Below, one piece after another: positions 51,271 through 63,990 of a stretch of 64,000 nucleotides of DNA. The stretch covers positions 74,650,043 through 74,714,042 of the forward strand of contig NC_057719.1 in assembly GCF_004010195.1 (NCBI RefSeq), given 5' to 3'. A program made the translations under genes and the position numbers. Below the pieces are notes generated by a model, which ran no database searches, had not been told where the DNA came from, and was given only the letters and a program-made list of their open reading frames with translations. This DNA comes from Chiloscyllium plagiosum. Its lineage: Eukaryota. Position 1 is the first letter of the stretch. The number at the start of each line of letters is the position of its first letter.

Positions 51271-54200
51271 TCCAGCCGTCCATCATCTGGTCACAGCACA
51301 GGGGTTCGTGAAGGAATGCTGCAGTTCCCCCGCCCTGGCTTGGTGTCGAGCAAATCATGTCCTGACTCCCCTCCACTGCCTCCCCAAGCAAGAGTGAAAA
51401 TTTCTTTTAAACTCCACTTTAAATGACTACCTGCCAGTACAGGAGGAGTTGTTGATTGCTGAACCCCATCCTGTTATGGAACCCTTCAATCATTGCATTT
51501 CTTTAAATGACTTCACTCTTGTGGTTCACTAGATAAGCAGTTATAAATCTCTCCGTGCATCTTTTTACACACTGAGCCTTCTCCTCATAGTTGGGATGTG
51601 CCAACAGATGGTGCCTCTGCTACAAAGAGGAATGTTCACTCAGAACCAACCTAATCTACAGTTAGGTACCAGGCCTGACAGAACCTGTAGAATTACGCTG
51701 ACAAGTTAGTGCCTTATCACTTCTCCATAACATAGGGAGCTGACAGATATATCAGCGAGGCCATCTACAAGTCCCTTGGAGGATGTTACTGCGTTTTGTT
51801 GCACAGTAGCTCTGCTTCCTTGACTGCATTTTAAGTTGGGTTTCACTAACTCATACGCCTAGCCTATAAATTATTTGTATTTGCTGTGTATGCTATCATT
51901 GCTCCCAGTGTTAACTACTACTGACTGCTTTTGAAGGCTATAATGGTGAAAGATTATCCTTGGGCTAAGGGTCACATACTTTATCTTTGGCGTTGTAATA
52001 GCCACTGGAAAGCTTTGGGAGTTGGTGTATGCTCTTGTAATCTTGTAATATCAGTGCTTCACGAGAAGAAAATTCTGGTCCTGGTTGTGGCCAATTAATC
52101 ATTAATCAGTGGAACAGAGTCAACACACTATTTGGACTGCAGAAAATAGGATAGTGTTGCAGAACATTTGTAAGCCTACCTTGTCTGTATCGGGCTTTAT
52201 TCTTCATAAAAACCATATTTCTTCCACCTCTCTTTTTAACCCTATCAGCATATTACCTGATATCTTTCTTCCTCAGGATCTTATCTAGATTCCCGTCAAT
52301 GTTCTAATTTCCCAAAGCTGTCCTAGTGGTGACAAGTTTACCATTGTAACCACCTTCTGTGTCAAGGTGTCTTGCTTGACTGAGTTTATTGTTGACTATA
52401 ATGTTCATAGTCTGTCTGTACTTACCCACCTTCTATCTCCATCACTAAAGGCTCAGGGAGTTTCAAAAAGTATGTTTAGAATTCTCAAATGAGAGCTTCT
52501 GATGTTTTATCTCGTAATTGTGTTTCCTATTTTCAGTACGAACGCTGCATGGGATTGGTTTAAGGATTGCTGTGCTGATGCACTTCAGGTTAATAGAACT
52601 TGGAGGCAGTACCAATGGGTCATGAAACATTAACTGTGCTCTCTCTTCACAGGAGATGTTTTGATCTCCTGAGCCTTTCCAGTATTTTCTGCTTTCATTC
52701 CATTTACATGCTGTCTGTCTTTTTGGAGGCATTGAAAGTATGTTGAGTGACATAAATTATATGTTTATTTTTAGAAAGTGCATAACTATTACTAGGACTG
52801 TCTTGTGAATATTTGAGTCTTCCATTTGTGTAGTAATTTACACTGATTGTATAATGTGTGGACTTAGGCCTTACTGCTGATCACTTAGCAGTAAGGGATA
52901 TGAGCCAAACACAGCCAAGTGAGACTAGTTTAGTTGGGAACATGGTCAGCAGGGGCTAGATGTACCGAATGGTCTATTTCCATTCTGTATGACTCAGTTG
53001 AGATAAAATGCTCTGCATTAGATTTGTGGCAATGGAGTATTTGAGCCTGCATCTATGACAGGGCAGTTGTATTTTTGTCAAAAGCATCGTCCTCTCCTCC
53101 TTGAACATGCATTGGCGTTCAATTTAAACATAGTTGAGATCATAATCTGAGGATGCAACTGAATTCTTACCACCCATCAGAATTTATTTTGATCAGGCTT
53201 CTCTACAACTCCGCATCATAAATGGGCACAAGTCCAATGCGGAAAATCTACAGTTGGCTTAACAAGGCAATGTGAGAAATGTGTCCTGCTGCAGCAGCAG
53301 TGGATGGTCTTCAACAGCCAATGTTACACCATGTAGTCAGAGAAGTATAGAAGCAGAAGTGCATTATTTCTGATGCATGTCTGTTATCTTTCACTGGGTC
53401 TTCATGCTGTTTGAAAGAATAGTTTTGTTTCATAGAGTCATAGAGATGTACAGCATGAAAAGAGACCCTTTAGTCCAACTTGTCCATGCCAACCAGGTAT
53501 CCTAAACTAATTGAGCTCCATTTCCTAGTTGGGAAGTGCCAAATGTAGCTCACTGCGAAATGTTTGACCTGATCAAGGTATTAAATTCATGTTGTTTCAG
53601 TTGAGACTCCAATTCTGATGTAGTCTGGTACAGTGATGCTTGATTTCAGATCCGTAGGGCCATTGTGTGTCTCTATATCTACAGTAGTCACCCTGATCGC
53701 ATCTTGACTAGGTGGTGTGTCGACTTGGTCCTTTTGCTTTCACAGCTCAAGTTGTTTCCTCTAACCTTCTCTCTCCTAATGAGTTTTGGCATGGTTGTTG
53801 ACAATCTGCCAATAGCTCAGGTGGTGCATTCCACTTTGAATGCAGTGCAGACCTGATTGCTATGAAACCAGGGAAATGTTCGAGGATTAACGTCAGAATA
53901 ACAGAGCACCACAAAACAGACCTTTGCTGTTCTTAAGAGAAAACTGGAGAAACCCAAAAGTCTTCAAAGGATATGTGTGTGCGGAAGTAATTAGATGTAC
54001 AATATAATTGAGGGAATAACATATGACCTTTTCAATTTAATGTGGGTGGGTCAAGATCATGCATGTAACAATTGGTAAAGGGTGAATTTAGGACAGATGG
54101 CAGGAAGAAATGCTTCGTACATGATCAATGTATCGGGTGGACTTCCGGGTCTATAGTGGAAGGGTAAGTGCTAGAATAATTGGCTGGTTGCAAGCAATAG

Positions 54201-54714
54201 AGAGATCTAATTTTCAATCCAAGGTGAAAGGCCCATGTATGACACAATCTGATGTCCCCAAGAAATGGAGAAATGAAATTAATCCAGATCAAGATTGGTT
54301 TCAGACTCCTGATAAAACACACAACATCGATCCATTCAGTACGTGCTGAGACTCGGTTAGCAGATTTTAAAATCAGAACCTGGCTGACTCTCAAGTTATA
54401 TGTGATTGGTATGTCTGACTAAAATGTGTCCTGAGCTAAGGGCCAAGATGAGAGCTTTCACCAGGTGCTGGCTCATGCTCTCAGACTCTTAATCTTTGAC
54501 TGCTTTTCTTTGCTTTTCTGACTACAATAGATAATGTAATACAGCCCATGATTCCTATCCCGTTGATCAACTGTAAAAGAGCAGCACAGAAACTACCAAA
54601 TGGATTAGATGTTCTCTTGGTGTCATGCAGGAATGATGAACGCAAATTTCTTATTGGATTATTTTGCCCAATGGAGTGATGCATGCTTTTACAGCAAAAG
54701 CAGCTTATATTTAA

Positions 54715-56150
54715 AAATTTATATTTATAATAAAATTGTAAGGTGAAGTGTCCCAAGCATTTTGCAGAGGAGTTACAAAGCAAAATTACACAGCAAGCCA
54801 CGTAAGATGCCTTAGGGCAGATGACCCAAAAGCTTGGTCAAAGAGAAATGTTTCAATAAGCATCTCATAGGAAAGAAAAAGGGATGAAGTGAATTGGAGA
54901 GATTTAGGGAAGGAATTTTGGAGCATTTGGGCCTCAAAAGTGAAGGCCCTCTGGCTGACACTGATGAGGTAATAGAAATTAGGATGGTCAAAAGGCAAGG
55001 GTTAGAAGAAGACAAGTCCTGAGTTTTGGATGATGCAATTGGAAATTACATAGAGTTTGAGAGGGGAAGCAAGGGAAGGCATGTAAATTAGGCTGAGAAT
55101 CCTAAAAGCAAAAGTTTCTTTTCCTGAGAGTCTTAAGCAGAGCTCACAGGGCTGGTGCGTGAATGGGCTTCTTGTGAACAGGGATGCAGGTGGCAGAATT
55201 TTCGATGTGAGGTCAAAGTTATGGAACATACAAAGTTAGTGACCAGCCAAGAGAGGGTCGGTAGAGTCAGCACGTTCTAGAGAAAAAAAACGACCCTCCC
55301 CACCACCTTCAACCGTGACCTCTCCCACTCAGTAACTCTGCCACCCTTCCCCCTCAGACCAACTCTACTTTGGTGATCCCTGCTCACAAACTCTCACTCT
55401 GGGGTTACGCCAATTTTCATGCATTAAGGTGAGAAAAAGGTTTGGGAAAACATTAACTCATTTACGACTTCTTCCAGTACTATGTCAAGGGCAGAAGCCT
55501 GACTAGAGGCATTCAGACATGGTGTTCAGTGGAGGGCGAACATATATTTGGCAATGATATATTGAAGGACTTTGGAGAGGAAAGGGTATTGAGAGATGGG
55601 GCAGTAGTTTGCAAGAATAGAGGGACTAAGCATTGCCATTGGATAGGAGAGAAATCTGATAGCACATTTAAAGGAAAGAGGAACAACATCTGTGGAGAGA
55701 GAGAATATTAACAAAAACTAACAGAGGGACGTGGGAGAGCATTTTGGCCAGCAATTTGGTAAGTTGAGAGAGGGTATGAGGGGAGTATAGGAGAGAAACT
55801 AGTGAGGGATTGAGTTCAGGATAAGTCCAGCAGCTAATGGAGGGAGGTGGATGTGGCCAAGACAGATTGGATGGTGTTGACGAAGTGGACAAAGAAGTCC
55901 GTGAAGTGCTGTCATTTACTGTTGAGGGTTTGGATCAAGAGAGAGTTGTCCTGGCAGAAACTGAGGGAGGAAAAATTGGGACGATAACACCATATGGAAC
56001 ATTTTGTACTTAAGAGAGTGACAGTTGGCGACAGTTTTCAGTGAGAGCAGAGAGAGTTGGAACAAGGTGAGATGCTCAAAGTGTCAGAGGGATAGGAAAT
56101 CCACTCAGAGTCACTTGCTAAGAAGAGCTGCACCATCACAGTGACCGTCT
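54715..56150 (-). mobile_element. Old L2-clade LINE fragments
   Basis: ORF 55526-55714 SILANYCPISQYPFLSKVLQYII (cf. L2 NYRPISNLPFLSKVLE); L2-type 3' region at 54715-55000. Confidence 0.75.
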
Positions 56151-56603
56151 TGAAGGGGCAAGGGCAGGAAGTTCTAACCAGGTGGCAAGACTTCATTTAA
56201 GGGAAGGTTCAATGCCCCCAGTGGCTTCTGTTAGACCCCAATTTTTAAAAAACAGCTCAGCAGAGAAGTGGATCAGATTTTTAACAATTACCTGTATTTG
56301 CTGAAACAGCCCATTGTCCTCTTCATTTAGTGCAAAAACATACTTTACTATTGGCACTGTCTGTCTTCCAGCAATCTTGACAAAAATGGCTGTTCTGCTT
56401 GTGTGAACTACGATAGTTTAACTGAGAATGTTGTTTTGGTTGAGACTGGTATTATCTTCAACTGATGAAATCGCAGGGAATGAAAGAAGGATTCTTAACA
56501 GCAGCCTTATCTGAACCTTCCTCCCTCGCACCAAATTTTTTCAGGCCAGTTATTAATCCCAAGTTTGCTGTCTGGATGGTATAAATTACCCTTCTCTGAC
56601 ATT

Positions 56604-56827
56604 GTTAAAAATCACACAACACCAGGTTATAGTCCAACAGCTTTATTTGGAAGCACTAGCTTTTTGAGTGCTGCCCCTTCATCAGGTAGCTCTGGAGCAG
56701 GATCATAAGGCACAGAATTGATTGCAAAAGATCACAGTGTGATGCAACTGAAACCTGTTGAACTATAACCTGGTGTTGTGTGATTTTTAACTTTGTCAAC
56801 CCTAGTCCAACACCGGCATCTCCACAT
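56604..56827. mobile_element. Family A Penelope-terminus element with 37-bp inverted repeats
   Basis: gttaaaaatcacacaacaccaggttatagtccaacag (56604-56640) vs 56755-56791; minus-strand degenerate hammerhead ctgatgaaggggcagcactcaaaaagctagtg. Confidence 0.8.
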
Positions 56828-57484
56828 TCTCTGGCAGAACACAAAGGCTTCTCTTGAATTTCTCAAGCAATTATCTGATTTTTACAAGAACGACCTGTTT
56901 TGTCTTTCAGGGGCTTCTTTTCTTTCTGGTTACTGTTTAATTAGGTGTGGCATGTACACTAATGCGCATTCAGAAAGTAATGTTATTATGGATCTGGGAA
57001 GCAGAGTTAGAGGAATTTATTAGTATCCTCAATCACCAAACCTCCACTTAAATTGGAACCCACAACATACAGGTGAAACGTTCATTTTCTAGTCTCCAGG
57101 TGGAGTGGAAAATTCCTTCATTTCAATGAATTTGACGTGGCAGTTCAACATCAGCTGGTAGCTAGCGTGCGTTTTGAACACTCATGCTCAATAAACTTGT
57201 ACAATCTTTATTGTTAAGAAATGGGGTATATTTCAGTCTGAACTCCAAATCCCAATCTGATAAAAGTTCCTTTTTCTGCTGTCTTAACAAGAGCTTCTGC
57301 AAAGCTTTTTAAGTCTGTAGGAGGTTCTTTTCTGAACTAAACTTATTCTCGATTTTGGTTGTGCTTGAAAGGAGTGCGAATGAGAATAGGATCAGAGTCC
57401 AAACCTCAGTGTCCTGCTACTGGAACATTTTAACTCTCAAACGTTGATGTTATAGCATACGTTTTGCTGCTCTTTTTTGAGGTC

Positions 57485-57605
57485 ATGATTTGGAGATGCC
57501 GGTGTGGTAGTGGGCTTGTCCACCAGATGAAGGAGCAGCGCTCCGAAAGCTAGTGCTTCCAATTAAAACTGTTGGACTATTACCCGGTGTTGTGATTTTT
57601 AACTT
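57485..57605 (+). mobile_element. Family A Penelope-terminus element
   Basis: caccagatgaaggagcagcgctccgaaagctagtg (core U to A); flanks tttttgaggtca / tttttgagatca look like a TSD. Confidence 0.75.
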
Positions 57606-58809
57606 TTTGAGATCAGTTTCTACTGGTTCTGGTTTGTGCTGGGGTTATAATATGAATTGCTGAGGGAAACTATTCAGTTTAAAGCATTTGAATGTGGTGT
57701 TAAAATAGTCTCTGAAAGTCAAAACTTCAAAAAAAAAGATTAATTTTTGATTATTTGGGCATTCTAGTTGACGTTGTAATGATCATCAGAGGCCTGTACC
57801 TGTTTCAGAAAGAGCAGTGCTGCATTACACGTGTATGCGCTCTTATGTTAATTTTACTCATAGGCTGGTGATACTATTTGCATAGGTTGCATTTTTTTTG
57901 GGCTTATTTGAATATCTCACACATGCACAGTAAGTGCAGGAGTTGGAAATGTACCTTTTAAGAGTCCATATTGATTGATTTTAGTATATGTAGTCTTCCT
58001 TTTGTGGAAAAAAGCTTTTGGTTCTGTCCTCTTACAAAATTTGCAGTGGTTCTCCTGCATGTTGTGTGGCGTTTAATATGAAAGCTGCTGAGATCAGCCT
58101 AGTCCGCCAGAATGAATGCAGCAAAAAGAAACAGCCAAAAGATTTTGTTCAAATGAAAACTGAGCAAGAAGTATTACGCAAATCAAGATTTTCCTTCCCT
58201 CGACAGGGAGAGGGGCAGGGAATCTGACCCTGAATGTAATATATGTGTACTATCAGGCGGGATGTGCAGTCAAATACTTTACAGTATTTCCTTCTGAATA
58301 TTCCTGATCAAGGCACGATCACACTGAGAAGCTGCGGAGTGGAGGATGGGGTGATGAGAGGATGAGTCATATTGCATATCCCAGTGACTAAGCTCCGAAG
58401 CAAGATTATGCCTTTTCCCTTTAAAACGGCGAGAGCTAGAGAATGACACGGGGTTGGGGGGAGCGGAGGATAAACCAGTACTTCTCTCCCTCACGTTCTT
58501 CTCTCTTCTGTTTTGTTTGTCTGAGGATCAGCAGCAGGAGCTAGAGGCCTCACCAGATTCTCACAGATAAACTGGAAGTTCCGTTTTTAGTGGGGGCCAG
58601 TGAACGGATTTTAATCATGTGATTTTCCAGTGCGGCTTGGTCCAGTTTACAGAATGTGCCTGTTGATAGTGGGCAAACTGGACGCCATTGACCAAAGGCA
58701 ATCCTGAGAGAATGATGATGTACCAGGAGCACAGGGAACAAGTTGCTGGGCTCTACTGCATTCTGTGCATGTTTTCGTGAATAAATCAGGGAAGCTGATA
58801 TAGTGTATT

Positions 58810-59630
58810 ATTGCAAAGGGTTATTGAATCAAGCGTAGGAAGGTTTTGCTTCAGTTATGTAGGGTTTTGGTGAGACCGCTTACGGAGCATTGTGTACAGA
58901 ACTGGTTGGCATACTTACTGAGTGATGTTTGTGCATTGGTAGCAGTTCAGAGAAGGTTTGCTAGAATAATACTTGCATTGAGTGGATTACCTTATGTGGA
59001 AAGGCTAGACAGACCAGGCCTGTATCCTCTGGAGTTTAGAACAGTCTGATGTGACTTCAGTCTTCATTGAAGATCCCGAAAGGGAAAAGCAAACTACTAT
59101 GGATACTGGAAATTTGAAACAAATGCAGAGAATGCTGGAAAAACTCGGCAGGTCTTGCAGCATCTGCAGGGAGAGAATCTGTTAACATTTCAAGCATGTG
59201 GTAATTTTTCAGAACATCACAGGTTCTAAAGGTGAATCATACTGCACTCAAAACGTTAACTCTATTTTTCTCTCTCTGTGGATACTGCCAGACCGAGATC
59301 CTGAGGGGAATTAACCAGGTGGATGTGGACAGGATGATTCCCCTTGTCGGAGAATCTGGAACAAGGAGTCATTGAATCTGGAACAAGGAGTTTGAAACCA
59401 AGAGGTCACCCGTTTAAAACCGATATGGAAAGCCTTTTTCTCTAAAGAGTTGTGAATCCTTGGAGTTCTTTTCTCAAAAGGCAGGAGAATCTTTTAATAT
59501 GTTTATGGCAGAGGTGGATTTTTGATTACCAAGAGGATAAAAGATGATCAGGGATAGATCGAATGTAGACTTCATATTAAGATCAGGTTAGCCATGGTCA
59601 TATTGAATAGCGGCCTATCCTGTTCCTTGT
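58810..59630 (+). mobile_element. CR1 LINE 3' fragment interrupted by a family B fold-back (about 59080-59295)
   Basis: ORF 58846-59049 LQLCRVLVRPLTEHCVQNW...VQRRFAR; insert flanked by agatcccga / agatcctga. Confidence 0.85.
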
Positions 59631-59965
59631 TTGTATTTTAAAATTATTATACGCCAGTGTTAGTGACATTGTACTAGAGTAAATCAGCAGTATTAGTGAG
59701 GGCAAAAGAAGGCAAGAGTGCAATGATGTAGCAACATCAGTTTTATTATCGGGCTTCTGACTGACTTGGAGAATTTCGGCCTGTTTTGTCAGCAAGTTAT
59801 GGCAGCAAGCAGTTCAGATCTCTTATTTTTATGGTGCTGCAGTTGGCTGCTGTGTTCTTGGCTGTGTGTGAATGCAAATGTATGTAAGTTTAGAATTGGT
59901 TCTTGTATCTCTCTCACAGCATGGTGCTGTGCAGGCTCGTGGAGGAGGTGTGGTGGCTTGGCTCG

Positions 59966-60274
59966 GCTGCTAAATGGGTTTTGGGTGTAGGTTTGCTCAC
60001 TGAGCTGGAAGGTTCATTTCCAAGGCTTACGTGCAGGAAGTACAGCTGTTCGCGGGTGGCAATCTGTCGCCAAGCTCGCTAAGACCTATGGGCGCAATAT
60101 GCTAAAACTGGCCCGAAAATGGGAAGCGAATGCCATCCGACAGTGTGCCAGCTGCAAACAGCTGTACTTCCTGCACGAATGACTTGGAAATGAACCTTCC
60201 AGCTCAGCGAGCAAACCTACATCCAAAACCTCAACCTGAGCTACAAATCTTCTCAAAACTCGCTGCTAAATGGG
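59966..60274. mobile_element. Fold-back, internally deleted Penelope-like element with 13-bp TSD
   Basis: TSD gctgctaaatggg at 59966-59978 and 60262-60274; 93-bp inverted arms 59977-60069 and 60138-60230. Confidence 0.75.
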
Positions 60275-61634
60275 GGTTTCCTTTATGGAGTAGTACTTTA
60301 TTGTTGACCTCCTGTGTTCGGGTGGGATAAGGGGTGGAAAGTAGGAATAAAATCTTTCACTCTTTTGGCTGGCTAAGCTGTTTTTTGAGGAGTAGGGTGA
60401 CTATGGTCTCATTCAAAAAAAAAAGAACACATTTATGGTAATCCAAAGATTGTTGTCACTTTAAGCAGATTGGGAAAATCTTGTAGTTATTCCACCAATT
60501 AAACCCAGGAAGTATAAGTTAGAATGTTGTATTCAGTATCAAGTCATTTCCAAAAAGCAGAATAGAATGAGGATCTAGATTACAAAAGAGAGAAAATTAA
60601 GTGGCAAAGGAAGTGGAAAACAAAAGAATCATTTTAATTGAAAGCTAAATGAACAAGAGAAGATAACTAAGATATTTCATGGTGTTAAAGGGTGCTGAAG
60701 ATGTTAAAATAGAAAATCCTTATTTTTTTGTGAGCATTTAGTTTGTTTTGACTATGTTAGTGAAAGAGCTTCATTCTGTTCAATCCACATGGTGAGATGC
60801 CATATTCATACACCTGGCAATGGAATGGCACACCTCATGCACGAAGTGTACACAGTTTGTATTTAACTGTGATTCTGTACTTATTTGAAGTTGATATCCA
60901 ATTTGTGTACAAATGATGAGAAGGACCGTGATGTTAATTTCACAGTAAATTAGGCCCAAAGCTTTCCTTCACTGCTTAATGCTGACTGAATTTACAGAAT
61001 CACAGTTATTTTAGTCCCCACCTCTACTTTTTTGCAGTTAACAATGGAAAAAAACATTGAGAATTTTTGTTTATCTCTAAATCTGCTCTTTATTCCAACC
61101 AGATTTGTATTGCAAACTAAGGCAACCGAAAGCGCACAATTCGATTTTTAATAGGATGACCGACTACTCGTTTCTCGTGTATAAAAGGATGTGAAGCATT
61201 CAGCCATTTTGAATTGCCGTGTAGTAGAAATATAATGTCAAAAGATGCTGTGCATCATAAGTAATTTTTTTCTTCCAAAAACGGTAATGTAATGCAACAC
61301 AACTGATTTAAAATTTAAAAGGTGTGAAAGTAATTGTGAAAACACATGTTGAAGATATGAGAATAGCTGAAGCCAGTGATTTATTTGAGGAGTGTATCAA
61401 TTTGACACTTTTGCCGACATGTTGCTAAGTTGTCAATAAACTGCTTTGATGAATTTGTGAGGCTTGCTGCATGGAAATGGCAGATAATTCATGTGGTTGA
61501 AGAAATTGGTGCTCCATTATAGCTGATTTTGATTTCTTCATTGACTCTCCTCAACAATAGCTTGAGAATTGGACATATAAGCCTGGGTTTCTTGTGCAGC
61601 AGCCATGTTGATTGTGTCATTAATCACCAAACAT

Positions 61635-61963
61635 TAGATTAGATTAGATTACTTAGTGTGGAAACAGGCCCTTCGGCCCAACAAATCCACACCAACCCGC
61701 TGAAGCGCAGCCACCCAGAGCCACCCAGACTCATTCCCCTACATTTACCACTGCACCTAACACTACGGGCAATTTAGCATGGCCAATTCACCTGACATGC
61801 ACATTTTTGGACTGTGTGAGGAAACCGGAGCACCCGGAGGAAACCCACGCAGACACGGGGAGAATGTGCAATCCCCACACAGTCAGTCGCCTGAGGTGGG
61901 AATTGAACCTGGGTCTCTGGTGCTGTGAGGCAGCAGTGCTAACCATTGTGCCATCGTGCTGCC
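61635..61963 (-). mobile_element. HE1-type (V-domain) SINE, full length with (TCTAA)n tail
   Basis: ttagattagattagatt tail, V-domain and tRNA head. Confidence 0.92.
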
Positions 61964-61964
61964 T

Positions 61965-62750
61965 GTTAGTATGAGGGTACACTAAGTAATTAGGGATGAA
62001 ATGGAATATTAGATGTTGCTGCATAGGGAATGGAGCCCAAAAATGGGGAAGTCTTGTTATTGCTGTATAGAGCGTTGGTGAGATCACACCAAGATAGATG
62101 TGTACATTCTTGATCCAGTTCATCTGGAGTGAAATATATGCATTGAACTCAGTCCAGATGAACTCACCACTGGGTTGATTCTGGGGTTGAAGAGGTTGAT
62201 CCTCTATGCATTGAAATTTCAAAGAATGAGAGGTAATCTCATTGAAACATGGAAGATTCTGAAGGGCGCTTGAAAGGGTAGATGCTGAGGGGAGGTTCCC
62301 CTTTGTAGGGAAACCCGGAACTGGGGATATTGTTTTTAAAAAAAAGGGCTGTCCCATTGTGATGGAGAGAAGGTGGAATTACTTCTCTCCGAAAATCATT
62401 CTTCTTTGGAATTCTCTACTCGGACAGCAATGGAAGCTAGATCATTGAACGGAATCGTGTCTGACCTAGTGTTTGGGGAAAATATAATTTGTGCGTACAT
62501 AGTATGCTAGCTAGTTTGCCAGCGTCATACGGCCGCAGCCTCTGGCGTAATTTACTTTCTATTTGGCTTGTAGCCACTATTAAATGCATTTCATAAAACA
62601 GTTAGTTAGGTTTTCTATAGATGAAGGAGTTAAGGATTATGGAGAACAGGCAGGAAAATAGGGCTCAAGTCAGAATCAGGCATGACCTTGATTGAGTCGT
62701 ACAGCAGATTTCAGTGGCCAAGTGCCCTAGCCCTACTCCTGTTTTTGTGC
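61965..62750 (+). mobile_element. Old CR1 3' fragment interrupted at 62450-62578
   Basis: aaagaatgagaggtaatctcattgaaacat...tttggaattctctac...ctactcctgttt. Confidence 0.75.
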
Positions 62751-62841
62751 TTTATTTCTTACAAACAGATGCATTCACTTAAATCATACTCCAAATGGTT
62801 TTAGAATAAGAATTGAGTGTTAAACAATTCTAAATTCTAGT

Positions 62842-63790
62842 TTAGCATTGCATGAAGCATCCCTTCAGGACATTGTCAGATCCAACTGATGTGAGATGAC
62901 ATTTGTTGAGTCTCCAGTTACTTCTGTTTAGAATCTGGTCCGGAGTACCAGATTTATGATGTATCTTTATTTCAGTTGCAAAGTCTTTCAGTAAACTGAT
63001 GGTATACATGTCCCCATATCTGCTTAATTGTATAGGTACAGTATTGAGAAGAATTGTATTCTGCCTTTCCAATATACTGTTACTGAGGCAACCGGACAGT
63101 TTAACGATCCTGTTTTTGCATTTTTTAAAAGATTCTGTGGTTCTGATCGTGGGATAGAATTCAAGACCAGACTGAGGCATGGTCATGAATTGTCTTCAGG
63201 ATAGATCTTCATAAAAGCTATTTATTAAAACTAAATGCTATATAGGCCCAATGAAGAGCAGCTCCATGACATCATCACTGCCAGGCCTTGTACACACCAT
63301 TCCCCAGGCTTTCTCCCCCAGTCATAAACATTTAATTAACATTTATCTACATTCCCAAATGAGTTGCCCAGATTACTAATTTTGACTTTTACTGTACGAT
63401 TTTTCCATAAACTTCCATGCCTTCAAGTCTTTGAATTGATGCATTTGTATCAATAGGTGGGTCAAGAAGGTCAATGGCGAGGTATAGTTGGTGAGCTGTC
63501 TTTTCCTCTGCTTGGCCAACAGACTTCTGAAGGGTCTTGTAACTGCAAGAATGTATGGAGAAGAGGGTTTCTTTGTTTTCTCCATCACTAGCTTCAGGAT
63601 TGGGTGATGTTGTCTTATTCTCCATGAAAAGAGTGGTGTAGTTCATCCAGAGTCAGTTATTCCCGAGATAAAGAAATTTGAACCATTCCAGTATTCACTG
63701 ATGCTCTTGTAGGTTTCCATAGTTATATGGTTTAGATAGATTCATGAAGACAATCTTCTGGGAGTTGGTATCTACTATTGAAATATGATC
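62842..63790 (-). pseudogene. Decayed coding sequence; candidate endogenous Mononegavirales L-gene fragment (cap methyltransferase region)
   Basis: Long, mostly open frames joined by two inferred frameshifts. Motif order K-x18-G-P-G-S-(D-D)...LINSFYEDLS...PQSGLE...KNRIVKLSGC parallels rhabdoviral YK-x18-GDGSGG...IFNSLLELS...PPSALE...KSRCVN as recalled; not verified by search. Confidence 0.4.
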
Positions 63791-63792
63791 TT

Positions 63793-63990
63793 GTCAGTTA
63801 GCTCAGTTGGCTAAATGGCTGGTTTGTGATGCAGAGTGACATCAACAGCATGCGTTCAATTCCCTCAGTGGCTAAGGTTACCATGAAGGACTATCCTTCT
63901 CAGCCTGAGTTGTGATGATCTTCAGGTTAAACCGCCACCAGTCGTGTCTCTCTGGGACAGCAGCACTATGGTCCACTGGCCTGTACCTTT
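63793..63990 (+). mobile_element. tRNA-derived SINE, family 2
   Basis: gttagctcagttggctaaatggctggtttgtgatgcagagtgacatcaacagcatgcgttcaattccc. Confidence 0.8.

Noticed and set aside
61103..61260. Possible plus-strand exon (ccaaccag ... TAA|gtaatt) with several CpGs
   Set aside because: Stops in the frames examined and no homology; could be conserved non-coding DNA but unsupported.
63271..63282. GSDD read as RdRp motif C of a segmented negative-strand virus
   Set aside because: No motif A or B upstream and spacing to later motifs does not fit; the methyltransferase-loop reading explains more surrounding residues.
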